Origin: Parcubacteria group bacterium
GTDB lineage: Bacteria; Patescibacteriota; Minisyncoccia; UBA6257; UBA11618
Assembly: GCA_943357895.1 (NCBI GenBank)
Contig: CALRGO010000003.1
Span: 15,389-79,388, forward strand
DNA: 64,000 nucleotides
Reading direction: 5' to 3'
Numbering within the stretch: position 1 is the first letter of the stretch; every line of letters starts with the position of its first letter. The notes under the pieces were generated by a model. That model worked only from the letters and a program-made list of their open reading frames with translations. It did no database searches and was not told the DNA's origin. Made by a program: the position numbers and the translations under genes. Below are positions 9,107 to 20,518 of this stretch, piece by piece.

Positions 9107-11212
9107 TTATTTCTTCCGGCCTTCGATGATAGCTAAGGCAACATTAGCAGGAACCTCATCATAATGATCGAATTCCATAGTAAATGAGGCTCTTCCCTGC
9201 GTTATAGAGCGGAGGGTTGTCGCGTACCCGAACATTTCGGAAAGCGGCACCTGCGAGTCAATAACCTTCGTGTTAAAGCGGTCGTTCATCGCCTCGATGC
9301 GGCCACGCTTGGAGCTGATGTCGCCTGTGATATCGCCCAAGAATTCCGTGGGCGCAATGACTTGGATTTTCATAATAGGCTCGAGTAAAATCGGCTTGGA
9401 GTTCTTAACACCCTCTTGGAAGCCCATAGAAGCGGCGATTTTGAAGGCAGCTTCAGACGAGTCCACATCGTGGTACGAGCCGTCGTAGAGCGTAACCTTC
9501 AAGTCCACAAGCGGGAAGCCGGCAACAACGCCACGCGTAACAGCCTCGTTAACGCCTTTCTCGACCGCTGGAATGAATTCGTTGGGGATCGATCCACCCT
9601 TGATTGCGTTCACGAAGAGGAAGCCCGCGCCGCGCTCCTGCGACTCAATCTTAAGCCGTACGTGGCCGTACTGGCCGCGACCGCCGGACTGCTTGATATA
9701 CTTACCCTCTGCTTCCGCGGAACCCTTAATAGTTTCCTTATAGGCTACCTGCGGGCGACCCATTTTTGCATCCACGTTAAATTCGCGGCGCATACGGTCT
9801 ACCAAAACGTCTAAGTGCAGTTCGCCCATGCCGGAGATAATAGTATCGCCGGTGTCAGGGTCGCCTGATACGCGGAACGTTGGGTCTTCTTCCGCCAAGC
9901 GGTGCAAGGCCATACCCATTCTTTCTTGGTCGGCTTTCGTTTTAGGCTCAACACGTGCGGAGATAACAGGCTCAGGGAAGTCGATCTTTTCTAATATCAA
10001 CGGCTTTTCAGGGTCGCAAAGCGTGTCGCCAGTCGAAGTATCTTTCAAGCCCACTAAACCGCCAATTTCTCCGGCGAAGATTTCGTCTATTTCTTCACGA
10101 TGGTTGGCGTGCAAGCGAATAATACGGCCAATGCGCTCCTGATGGCCTTTAGTGGAATTCAATACGTACGTACCTTTCTTGAGCGTGCCGGAATACACGC
10201 GGAAAAAGGTGAGCGCGCCCACGAACGGGTCGGCGGCGACTTTGAAAGCCAATGAGGCAAACGGCTCATCTTCTTTCGGATAGCGGAGTATTTCTGCGCC
10301 TGTTTCCATATCAATACCCTTTGTCGGCGGCAAGTCCTTTGGCGACGGCAAGTAATCAACGACGGCGTCGAGCACAAACTGCACACCCTTATTCTTTAAG
10401 GCGGAGCCGGTAACAACAGGGATTATTTTAAGCGCTAAAGTCGCTTTACGAAGTGCGGCTTTTAACTCAGCTACGGTTATTTCCTTCTTCTCAAAGAATT
10501 TGTTGAGCAATACGTCGTCTGTCTCAACAATCTTTTCGAGAAGCGCGTCATGCGCCATCTTAGCCTCTTCCTTCATGTTTTCGGGAATCTCGTGTTCCGT
10601 AATTATCTCCCCTTTCTCGCCCTCAAAATGGAAGGCTTTCATACGCAAAAGGTCGATTAAGCCCACGAAGTCGGCTTCGGCGCCGATCGGCAGCTGAATA
10701 GGAATTGCGTGCGGGTTAAGGCGGTCGCGGATAGACGCTAAGCTGTTTTCGAAGCTCGCGCCCATACGGTCGAGTTTGTTTAAAAAGCAGATGCGCGGCA
10801 CACCGTAGTCGTCAGCATAGTGCCAGTTCGTCTCCGTCTGCGGCTCTACACCAGAAACGGAGTCGAATACCACAACCGCACCGTCCAAAACGCGCAAAGA
10901 GCGCTTTACCTCAACGGTAAAGTCGATGTGGCCAGGGGTGTCGATGAGGTTTATGCGGTGTTCCGCCGTTTTATCGTCTTTGGCATATGTCGGCGTCCAA
11001 AAGCAGGTTGTTGCGGCGGCGGTAATGGTAATACCGCGCTCACGCTCTTGCTCCATCCAGTCCATTACCGTGGTGCCGTCGTGCACTTCACCAATTTTAT
11101 GCGAAACTCCCGTGTAAAATAAAATACGCTCGGAAACGGTTGTTTTTCCGGCGTCAATATGGGCAACGATGCCAATATCACGCACCTTTTCAATTGGGTA
11201 CTGCCGTGCCAT
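9107..11212 (-). CDS. fusA: Elongation factor G
   Basis: AHIDAGKTT, RGITI, DTPGH, YHDVDSSE. Confidence 0.99.
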   Translation of the reverse strand: MARQYPIEKVRDIGIVAHIDAGKTTVSERILFYTGVSHKIGEVHDGTTVMDWMEQERERGITITAAATTCFWTPTYAKDDKTAEHRINLIDTPGHIDFTVEVKRSLRVLDGAVVVFDSVSGVEPQTETNWHYADDYGVPRICFLNKLDRMGASFENSLASIRDRLNPHAIPIQLPIGAEADFVGLIDLLRMKAFHFEGEKGEIITEHEIPENMKEEAKMAHDALLEKIVETDDVLLNKFFEKKEITVAELKAALRKATLALKIIPVVTGSALKNKGVQFVLDAVVDYLPSPKDLPPTKGIDMETGAEILRYPKEDEPFASLAFKVAADPFVGALTFFRVYSGTLKKGTYVLNSTKGHQERIGRIIRLHANHREEIDEIFAGEIGGLVGLKDTSTGDTLCDPEKPLILEKIDFPEPVISARVEPKTKADQERMGMALHRLAEEDPTFRVSGDPDTGDTIISGMGELHLDVLVDRMRREFNVDAKMGRPQVAYKETIKGSAEAEGKYIKQSGGRGQYGHVRLKIESQERGAGFLFVNAIKGGSIPNEFIPAVEKGVNEAVTRGVVAGFPLVDLKVTLYDGSYHDVDSSEAAFKIAASMGFQEGVKNSKPILLEPIMKIQVIAPTEFLGDITGDISSKRGRIEAMNDRFNTKVIDSQVPLSEMFGYATTLRSITQGRASFTMEFDHYDEVPANVALAIIEGRKK

Positions 11213-11224
11213 GTATTCTTAAAC

Positions 11225-11692
11225 TTACCAGCCGAAGTGAGCAAATGCGCGATTCGCCTCTGCCATACGGTGCATGTCGAGCTTCTTTTTTACTGCCGTG
11301 CCTTCGTTGTTCGAGGCTGCAAAAAGTTCGTCCGCAAGCTTTTCAGCCATCGGCTTGCCCTTCTTGGCTGCTGCGGTAGCGATAATCCAACGGGCAGCTA
11401 ACATGTACTGCCGTTCGGGGCGCACGGGGCGCGGCACTTGGTAGTTAGCACCACCCACACGGCGACTTGCAACTTCAACAGCCGGCGAAATGTTCTCAAA
11501 AGCCTTTTCAAAAACCTCTACGGCGTTGCCCTTATGCTTCTTTTCGATGCGGTCAAACGCGTCGTACATAATCTTTTCGGCAACGGCTTTCTTACCGCCC
11601 TCCATTAAGTAGTTGATAAACCGGCCCACAGCAACATTCTGGTACTTGAGGTCTCCGGTATGTTCGCGTTTGTAATTACGTTTCTTTCTCAT
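11225..11692 (-). CDS. rpsG: 30S ribosomal protein uS7
   Basis: SRRVGGANYQVP...HRMAEANRAFAH. Confidence 0.98.
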   Translation of the reverse strand: MRKKRNYKREHTGDLKYQNVAVGRFINYLMEGGKKAVAEKIMYDAFDRIEKKHKGNAVEVFEKAFENISPAVEVASRRVGGANYQVPRPVRPERQYMLAARWIIATAAAKKGKPMAEKLADELFAASNNEGTAVKKKLDMHRMAEANRAFAHFGW

Positions 11693-11704
11693 GATATTTT
11701 AGGA

Positions 11705-12130
11705 TTATGCTGCTTTCTTGGCAGACGGGCGCTTTGCGCCGTACTTCGAGCGCTGTTGCTTACGATCCTTTACGCCGCTTGTGTCGAGTACGCCGCGGAT
11801 GATGTGGTAGCGCACACCTGGCAAGTCTTTAACCTTACCGCCACGGATAACGACTACGGAGTGTTCTTGCAAGTTATGGCCTTCGCCCGGAATGTAGGCG
11901 GTGACTTCGGTACCATTTGTAAGGCGGATACGCGCGACTTTACGGATAGCCGAGTTCGGCTTCTTAGGCGTCACCGTAAACACCTTCACGCATACGCCGC
12001 GTTTAAAAGGCGATACGGAATGAACCGGCTTGTTTAAGATGTTGTTGAAATACCGCAAAAGCGCGGGTGACTTAGACTTCACCTTTACGGACTTGCGTCC
12101 CTTGCGAACTAATTGTCGTGTCGTCGGCAT
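11705..12130 (-). CDS. rpsL: 30S ribosomal protein uS12
   Basis: [11 protein letters not shown]...GHNLQEHS...VKDLPGVRY. Confidence 0.99.
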   Translation of the reverse strand: MPTTRQLVRKGRKSVKVKSKSPALLRYFNNILNKPVHSVSPFKRGVCVKVFTVTPKKPNSAIRKVARIRLTNGTEVTAYIPGEGHNLQEHSVVVIRGGKVKDLPGVRYHIIRGVLDTSGVKDRKQQRSKYGAKRPSAKKAA

Positions 12131-12177
12131 GTAGGGTTTTATAGTAGCAAAGGACTAGCGGAATTGCAATATCAATT

Positions 12178-12870
12178 TTATGACGGGCAGGCGTATGCTT
12201 GGGCGGAGAGCTGTTTTACCTGCCCCACTGCATCACGGATGGAAAGAGGTATCCTCGTCGCCTCATAGCGCGGCGTCGCGACCCGTATTCCCCAGTACGA
12301 AGCATTACCCTCTACGCGCCTGAATTCAGAAACGTATCCGGGCGTCGTTATGGAATACGGCGGCTGACCGTCGGAAACCTTAACGACAATATAATCGTTT
12401 TTTAAATCAGCCTCGGCAGAATCCGCCGGGCAATTCCTAAAAACTATCCCAAAAAGTTCGGCTTTGAGCGTAAGCACGTACGCGGAAGAGCCACTCGGCC
12501 TGAAAACGGGCGTATTCGCGGCACCAATCTGCCTACCGAGCGCCCTAAGCCCGGCTAAGTATTGAGGAGTGCGCCAATTTAATTGCGAAGGAGTTGGCAC
12601 GATCGGCACTACCGGAGAAACAGGCGCGCCGTTTTGGGAATCACATTTCGTCGCCATGCAACGGTCTTTTGAAATAGCTTTAGAAACACATTCGTGATAA
12701 CGCGGATCGCTGCCGTCGTTAACGAAGTGACTTACAATACACTGCCCCGAATTCAACGGAAACGGATCCTGATTAAAAACGCGAGTCGTATTCATTTCTG
12801 GATAATCTATATGCGCGAACGCAATACCGAACGACCCTAATAATAAAACCAAAACAATTATTTTTTTCAT
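12178..12870 (-). CDS. Secreted hypothetical protein (Cys-containing N-domain, possible Ig-like C-domain)
   Basis: Signal peptide ending AFA; VSDGQPPYS...IRDAVG resembles SprB-type repeats. Confidence 0.7.
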   Translation of the reverse strand: MKKIIVLVLLLGSFGIAFAHIDYPEMNTTRVFNQDPFPLNSGQCIVSHFVNDGSDPRYHECVSKAISKDRCMATKCDSQNGAPVSPVVPIVPTPSQLNWRTPQYLAGLRALGRQIGAANTPVFRPSGSSAYVLTLKAELFGIVFRNCPADSAEADLKNDYIVVKVSDGQPPYSITTPGYVSEFRRVEGNASYWGIRVATPRYEATRIPLSIRDAVGQVKQLSAQAYACPS

Positions 12871-12896
12871 AGCATTATCAGTATAGCATTACCGCC

Positions 12897-13502
12897 CTAC
12901 GGCACGAGCACGCCATAAAGAATACCTACCACCATCTGCACCGCAGAAAGCCCGAAAAAGAGGAATGCTAAGAGTAAAACCATACTATTGCGCTCTATAA
13001 AGGAAATGATGGGCGAATAATGCGGTAAAAAAGCTGCAAGGATTTTTGAGCCGTCCAAGGGCGGAATAGGGACAAGGTTAAATATGGCGAGCATAAGGTT
13101 GATGAGGACTACGTATTGGAATGCCCCTGCCATCTGCGCGCCAATGGGGAGGGATGCAAGCATCCCCGCGAAAACGCAGGCTATAAGGATATTACTCGCC
13201 GGCCCTGCCCACGCGATAAGCCCCGCGCCGCTTTTAGGGTTCTTTAAGTTATTGGGATTGTACGGCACGGGCTTTGCCCAACCGATTATCACGGGCTGTA
13301 CACCAAAAAGGAGCGGGATCGAAAGCAGTAACGGCAGGACTACCGACCCCACGGGGTCGATATGACTTATCGGGTTCATCGTGAGCCGGCCCATGCGGTA
13401 CGCCGTCTCATCCCCTAACCAATAGGCAACCGCCCCGTGCGAAATCTCGTGCACGATTACAGAAACAATGAAAACCGCAAATTGGAAAATGATTATAGCC
13501 AT
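12897..13502 (-). CDS. Site-2 protease (M50 family)
   Basis: HEISH and NLVPIPPLDG motifs. Confidence 0.95.
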   Translation of the reverse strand: MAIIIFQFAVFIVSVIVHEISHGAVAYWLGDETAYRMGRLTMNPISHIDPVGSVVLPLLLSIPLLFGVQPVIIGWAKPVPYNPNNLKNPKSGAGLIAWAGPASNILIACVFAGMLASLPIGAQMAGAFQYVVLINLMLAIFNLVPIPPLDGSKILAAFLPHYSPIISFIERNSMVLLLAFLFFGLSAVQMVVGILYGVLVP

Positions 13503-13607
13503 ATACTATCCAGTCTAACCTAAATTGATTTTTAGAGCTTATATCAGTACTATTATGGCAGTACAATCAATATTTTCTCCTTTTTCGAAATAGAAGGCGA
13601 GATTTAC

Positions 13608-13772
13608 ATGGAAGGCACTGATTCTGCAGACATTCTTTCAAGACGGTACGAACAAGGAAAAATCGGAATCAAAGGAGATCTACAATCGAAGAAAAAACGA
13701 CGCGTAGCGAAACGAAAAAGAAATGCAAAGAAAAAGTCCGGGCGCTACCAATTGGCGCGCGCTAATTGGTAA
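13608..13772 (+). CDS. Small highly basic protein (54 aa)
   Basis: Manual translation MEGTDSADILSRRYEQGKIGIKGDLQSKKKRRVAKRKRNAKKKSGRYQLARANW; followed by terminator 13784-13829. Confidence 0.5.
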   Translation: MEGTDSADILSRRYEQGKIGIKGDLQSKKKRRVAKRKRNAKKKSGRYQLARANW

Positions 13773-13837
13773 TTATCCGTCATAAAAAGGCCGCTCCGAG
13801 AGATATCTCAGAGCGGCTCTTCTTTTTTTATATTCTA

Positions 13838-15052
13838 CTACTCCCTCACAGTCGTCGTTGCCGCATCCACTGCAACAGGCATCGCGTACAATTCCACTAT
13901 ACCGCCCTTAATGACTTTCAGTACATGGCCGCCTACGCGGTCGCCGTCGGCGCTAATCGTCACAGATCCGGAAGCGCCCTCCCAGTTAGTAACAGTCTTT
14001 AACCAATCGGCGATTTTTGCGCCGTCATTGCCCACGGCCATAAGCGCATCGCGGACAATATACACCGCGTCGTATTCCGTTTGTCCATAGCTCTGGAACG
14101 GCATATCGATACCATATTTTACCTTGTACGACGCGAGTAGATTCTGAAATTTCGCGTTATTTATGTCAGTTCCAAATTCAGCCACAAATGCACCCTCAAG
14201 AATTACTTTATTTGTCTCTAAGGTCTTTACATCACGAGCAACCACGTCATTCACAATAATACCCACCTTCCATTTAAGATCGCTGATCTGCTTTAAAATA
14301 CGATCTGCTGCGGCAGGCGTCTGCGCATTAACAAAAATCGCATCGGGCTTCATAGCCTTAAGCTTTGAAAGCATAGAACGGAAATTCGTCGTCGAAGTCG
14401 GGAATGATTCCTTTACGACTTTCTTGCCTCCCAACTGCTCAAATGCCGCTGAAAACGCGTTAAAAATACCAAGCGGGTAATCCAATTGCTCTTGAATCAT
14501 TACGACATTCTTCCATTTTTTGATAGTGTATGCGGCGTCAGCCAGCACTTTACCCTGCGCGGCATCGCTCGGGTAATTACGGCTAAAGAAACGGCTCTTA
14601 CCAGTTAAATCAGGCGAGCTAGAGGCCGGAGAAAAAAGCGCAACCTGACCGGCTTCAGCAACCGGAATTGCCGCAAGCGATTCGCTACTGCAAAAACCAC
14701 CGAGAATGACTTTTACTCCGTCTATAGTAACGAGTTTCTGCGCCGCGGCAGTCGCATCCTTGTCGTTACACTTCGCGTCTTCGTAAATCGGGATAAGTTG
14801 TGCGCCGTTCACACCGCCTGCGGCGTTAATTTCGCTAATAGCGAGATCCATAATGTTACGCATCGGCTCACCGTATGCGGCACTATCACCCGAAAGCGGC
14901 CCCATAAAACCGATCTTAATCGGCTCAGCGGGGACCACCGCCGCCGCTTCCTCTATTGGCATCGCCGGTTGGGATCCTAAGAGCGCGTACCCCGCCCACG
15001 CAACAACACCTAACACAACAACCCAAATAATCGCCTTAACGGTGGTATTCAT
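13838..15052 (-). CDS. Membrane-anchored LivJ-like ABC substrate-binding protein
   Basis: IKIGFMGPLSG...EINAAGGVNG...GGFCSS. Confidence 0.93.
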   Translation of the reverse strand: MNTTVKAIIWVVVLGVVAWAGYALLGSQPAMPIEEAAAVVPAEPIKIGFMGPLSGDSAAYGEPMRNIMDLAISEINAAGGVNGAQLIPIYEDAKCNDKDATAAAQKLVTIDGVKVILGGFCSSESLAAIPVAEAGQVALFSPASSSPDLTGKSRFFSRNYPSDAAQGKVLADAAYTIKKWKNVVMIQEQLDYPLGIFNAFSAAFEQLGGKKVVKESFPTSTTNFRSMLSKLKAMKPDAIFVNAQTPAAADRILKQISDLKWKVGIIVNDVVARDVKTLETNKVILEGAFVAEFGTDINNAKFQNLLASYKVKYGIDMPFQSYGQTEYDAVYIVRDALMAVGNDGAKIADWLKTVTNWEGASGSVTISADGDRVGGHVLKVIKGGIVELYAMPVAVDAATTTVRE

Positions 15053-15173
15053 ATGTATATTTTATAGTACAAGCGGAACCATAACCGTCAAGACTAGACG
15101 AAAGCAGAAAACAGTTTTAAATTAGGGACTTCCATTGAAAGGAGGGCATAAAACGCATATACTGTGAAAACAC

Positions 15174-15258
15174 GGAAGGGTCGCATAGAGGCCTAGTGCA
15201 CCATCTTGGAAAGGTGGCATACCGAAAGGTATCGAGAGTTCGAATCTCTCCCCTTCCG
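15174..15258 (+). tRNA. tRNA-Ser(GGA), CCA not encoded
   Basis: Acceptor stem GGAAGGG/CCCTTCC, anticodon loop with GGA, long variable arm, GTTCGAATC T-arm. Confidence 0.95.
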
Positions 15259-15299
15259 CAAATAATAAAACCCCTAGGAAAAGGGGTTTTATTATTTTT

Positions 15300-15476
15300 G
15301 GAGGAGAGATTCGAAATCGAGACTCGAAGAGCGAGACGACGTTGGAATTATCCCGCAGCGAAGCGAGGTTTGATTTAAAAACTATCCCGAATGAAATGAG
15401 GTTTAAGTTTTTCAATCACGTCAGAAGGAAGTGAAACGATGATGACGATTCAGCTTCGTTTACTCTCCCCTTCCGC
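15300..15476. mobile_element. tRNA-associated small element or integration scar
   Basis: Inverted copy of tRNA T-arm at 15303-15315; 14-bp direct repeat of tRNA 3' end at 15463-15476. Confidence 0.5.
15371..15448 (+). repeat. ~80-bp dispersed repeat, copy 1
   Basis: About 78% identical to 32852-32930 by manual alignment. Confidence 0.75.
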
Positions 15477-15674
15477 TCATTTTTAATTACCCCCCGACCA
15501 GCAAGCTGGTTGGAATCAGCTAATTGAAAAAAATAAGCACGCATGATAACTTGTAATCAGTACCCATAAATATGGGGGGTGAGACCAGGAAGATTAGCTC
15601 CCCACACGTGCCACTACGTGATAGATCTTCCACCAACCCCGCCGAATTAATCGGCGGGTCTTTTTTTAAATAAG

Positions 15675-16589
15675 TTACTTCCCCCGAAGCGCAGCAACCC
15701 GCTCCGCTACCGGCGGGTGGGTTAGGAAGAGCTTGGTGAACCACGGTATGCCTTTTTTGCCGTGACCTACGGCGTCGGCTTTGAACGGATTTTCGAACCA
15801 TAAGTGCGCTGTTGTGTTGCTTGCGGACTGGACTGCGTGCGGATCGGTAGAGATTTTTAATAATGCACTTGCGAGACCTTCGGGATAACGGGTAAGCAAG
15901 GCGCCCGAGGCGTCTGCTAAAAATTCCCGCTTGCGGGAAACTGCTAATTGGATAAGGGTTGCCGCTATGGGCAACAGGATGACGCCGACAATTGCCAAGA
16001 CGGCGACGATGCCATTCTTGGCGCCGTCCCGATCGCCCCTGCCACGCATACCACCCCACATAAACGAACGCATCGCCATATTACCGGCAATGGAAATAAT
16101 ACCCACAAGCACCACAACGACGGTCGAGACAAGCATGTCCCAGTTACCAATATGCGAAAGCTCGTGCGCGATAACGCCCTCGAGTTCTGTTTTAGTAAGC
16201 CGCTCTAAAAGGCCGGTAGTCACCGCAACCACTGCGTTTTTGGGGTTACGGCCCGTCGCAAAAGCATTAGGCGCGCTATCTTGCACGATATAAATCTTCG
16301 GCACCGGAAGCCCCGCGGTAATCGCCAAGTTTTCCACTATCGCATACAAGTCAGGCGCGGAACGGCGTTCTATAGGGCGCGCATTCGCCATGCTAAGCAC
16401 GATACGATCTGAATACCAATAACTTACAAAGCTCGTACCGACGCTCATCACAACCGCAATAACAAGAATCGCGGGATTATCAAAATAGATATTCAAGGCG
16501 TAGCCAAAGCCGATAACGATAACGAAAAAGACCGTGAGCAAACCCCACGTCTTTCGTATATTTGCGTCCTTATGCCCGTAGATGTCCAC
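15675..16589 (-). CDS. htpX: Zinc metalloprotease HtpX (M48)
   Basis: PNAFATG, HELSH, SRKREFLAD, THPP. Confidence 0.95.
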   Translation of the reverse strand: MDIYGHKDANIRKTWGLLTVFFVIVIGFGYALNIYFDNPAILVIAVVMSVGTSFVSYWYSDRIVLSMANARPIERRSAPDLYAIVENLAITAGLPVPKIYIVQDSAPNAFATGRNPKNAVVAVTTGLLERLTKTELEGVIAHELSHIGNWDMLVSTVVVVLVGIISIAGNMAMRSFMWGGMRGRGDRDGAKNGIVAVLAIVGVILLPIAATLIQLAVSRKREFLADASGALLTRYPEGLASALLKISTDPHAVQSASNTTAHLWFENPFKADAVGHGKKGIPWFTKLFLTHPPVAERVAALRGK

Positions 16590-16590
16590 G

Positions 16591-17211
16591 TTAGAACTTC
16601 ACCGCTACCGGTGCGCGCTCCGCTTCGCTCAACCCTTCGAAAAATTTTCCTTCTTTAAAGCCGAATATGCCAGCAAGAATATTCGTAGGGAACGCGTGCA
16701 CCGCGCTATTTATTTCGAGCACCATTGAATTATAGAAACGGCGCGCGGCTTGGATCTTATTTTCAGTATCCGAAAGCTCGCGCTGGAGTTCGATAAAAGT
16801 CGTATTCGCTTTCAAGTCGGGATAATTTTCCGCGACTGCAAACAAAGACTTAAGCGTACCTGAAAGGGCGTTTTCGGCGCCTGCACGTTCTATGACATTA
16901 CCGCCTTGCGCAACACGCGCCCGCGCTTCCGTCACTTTTTCAAGCAAACTCGCTTCGTGCGATGCATAACCTTTTACCGTCGAAACGAAGTTAGGGATAA
17001 GGTCGAACCGGCGCTTCAACTGCACGTCGATATCCGACAACGCCTCGCGCACGCGGTTACGCAACCGCACGAGCGCGTTATACGACGTGACGCACCACAA
17101 AGCCGCCACAACTACAAGAATCGGGATATTAACGCTCCAGCTAATAGCGTCAAATAAACCACTTGCAACCAAAAGCACTACGACGACACCCCAAATAAAG
17201 TTCCAGATCAT
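16591..17211 (-). CDS. lemA: LemA family protein
   Basis: IDVQLKRRFDLIPN...ENYPDLKAN...ARRFYN. Confidence 0.96.
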   Translation of the reverse strand: MIWNFIWGVVVVLLVASGLFDAISWSVNIPILVVVAALWCVTSYNALVRLRNRVREALSDIDVQLKRRFDLIPNFVSTVKGYASHEASLLEKVTEARARVAQGGNVIERAGAENALSGTLKSLFAVAENYPDLKANTTFIELQRELSDTENKIQAARRFYNSMVLEINSAVHAFPTNILAGIFGFKEGKFFEGLSEAERAPVAVKF

Positions 17212-18882
<1,671 letters not shown>

Positions 18883-18892
18883 ATACGACGAG

Positions 18893-19189
18893 TTACGATT
18901 CGAGAATTGCTAAAATATCGCTTTCTTCGGCGACTAAATATTTTTTACCTTCAAGCTCAATTTCGTCCGGCCCGTATTTTTTAAATAAAACGATGTCGCC
19001 AACTTTTACGGACACGTGCATAATATCCCCCCGATCATTACGTTTACCGGCACCCACAGCATATACGCGCCCTTTTATTGGCCGCTCCTTTTCGGCGGAA
19101 TCAGGCAGGACAATACCCGACTTAGTCATGCGATCCTCCTCCATAGCCTCAAGAAAAACGCGATCTGATAGGGGTTTTATGTTGCTCAT
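18893..19189 (-). CDS. groS: Co-chaperonin GroES
   Basis: MSNIKPLSDRV...TKSGIVLPD...VKVGDIVLF; start reassigned to 19189. Confidence 0.97.
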   Translation of the reverse strand: MSNIKPLSDRVFLEAMEEDRMTKSGIVLPDSAEKERPIKGRVYAVGAGKRNDRGDIMHVSVKVGDIVLFKKYGPDEIELEGKKYLVAEESDILAILES

Positions 19190-19198
19190 AGTACCCAC

Positions 19199-19238
19199 TA
19201 TTGTATGCGGTTTAGCACTCGTGTCAATTGCTTGCGAG
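19199..19238 (-). promoter_or_regulatory. groESL promoter overlapping a degenerate CIRCE
   Basis: TTGACA-N16-TACAAT; perfect half-site TTAGCACTC at 19212-19220, second half 5/9. Confidence 0.65.
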
Positions 19239-19404
19239 CGAATAAGCAGTATTTTCTTATCCCAACAAAGCGGATACCAGGGAGCAACCACATATACTAC
19301 AATGCGGACGAATGAAAGCGGGAATCGAGAAGTAATAAAAATAAGGTCAAAGTCACTGCTTTCATCACCCCTCCGAACGGATTCAATAAATGGCGGGAGG
19401 CGCA

Positions 19405-20490
19405 TTACGCGCCATCATGCTCCCCTTCGTGCGGTTTTTCAAGCAAATTAACCTCAATACTCATGGCTGCGCCGCCAATCTTCAAAACGTCGCGATCAAT
19501 TTTCCCTAGCTCTTTTGCCGCCGCGTTCCACGCGTTTACCGTAGTCCCTAAGTGGCCACCCACTTTGCCAAAGTAACTTTCGTATGCCTTTAAGTGCCGG
19601 CCTAAGTCCTGCACGCGTTTGATGATGACCTCCACTTCCTTATGAAAATGCTCGCGGCGAATGCCTTGTATTACCGTCTGCAGATACGCAAGAAATGACG
19701 TAGGTGAAACGATTACCACCTTCTTATCTTTCATTGCGTACTCTATTAAATCCTGCGCGGCGCCGGCGCCTACGCGATTAACGAGTAAGTCATAATAAAT
19801 GGCCTCGGCGGGGATAAACATAAACGCAAAGTCCATAGTACCTTCTTGCGGGCGTACATATTTAGCCGTTTCGTCGATGCGATTTTTTAAATCCGCGCGG
19901 AACGCCTTTTCGAGTTGGCTGCGCTCTACGTCAGTCTTTGCCTCCACTAAGCGGTTATAGTTTTCCAAACTAAACTTAGAATCTATCGGGATAATCTTTC
20001 GATCCTCGCCCGCGCCATAAAAAACCACGGCGTCCACTATCTCGCCGTCTTTAAACGCGTACTGCATTTGGTACTGGCTGGGAGCAAAGACATTCTTTAG
20101 AAGCGTTTCTAAAAGATATTCGCCAAGTATTCCGCGCTGCTTCGGGTTCTTCAAAATATCCTCCAAGCCACGGATTTGCTCCATACCGAGCGCGACCTGC
20201 TTATTCGTCGCATCAAGCTTCACGAGTTTTTCAGTTACTTCTTTCATCATCGTCGCGCTCGATGCAAACTGCATATGAGACTGCTTATTAACATCCTGTA
20301 ATTTTTCATCAAGCGACTTACGGAGTAGCTCATTTGCGCGCGTAATTTCCGCTATCTGGTTTTGGAGCATTAAAAAGCCTTGCTCGGCGGACCGGTCGCG
20401 CGGCACGTCAAACTTAGACTTGATGAATAAAAAAAGTGCTATAAATCCAGCGATGATAATAACGGCTAGGGTGATGAGCGTATAATCCAT
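19405..20490 (-). CDS. rmuC: DNA recombination protein RmuC
   Basis: N-terminal TM helix, coiled coil, RGILGE, IPIDSKF, FAFMFIP. Confidence 0.93.
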   Translation of the reverse strand: MDYTLITLAVIIIAGFIALFLFIKSKFDVPRDRSAEQGFLMLQNQIAEITRANELLRKSLDEKLQDVNKQSHMQFASSATMMKEVTEKLVKLDATNKQVALGMEQIRGLEDILKNPKQRGILGEYLLETLLKNVFAPSQYQMQYAFKDGEIVDAVVFYGAGEDRKIIPIDSKFSLENYNRLVEAKTDVERSQLEKAFRADLKNRIDETAKYVRPQEGTMDFAFMFIPAEAIYYDLLVNRVGAGAAQDLIEYAMKDKKVVIVSPTSFLAYLQTVIQGIRREHFHKEVEVIIKRVQDLGRHLKAYESYFGKVGGHLGTTVNAWNAAAKELGKIDRDVLKIGGAAMSIEVNLLEKPHEGEHDGA

Positions 20491-20518
20491 AAGAAAATAT
20501 AGTACCGTTTTCCTCCTA

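Noticed and set aside
19190-19405. 72-aa N-terminal extension of GroES
   Set aside because: A strong promoter sits just upstream of the canonical start at 19189; the extension cannot be fully excluded because its ATG overlaps the rmuC stop
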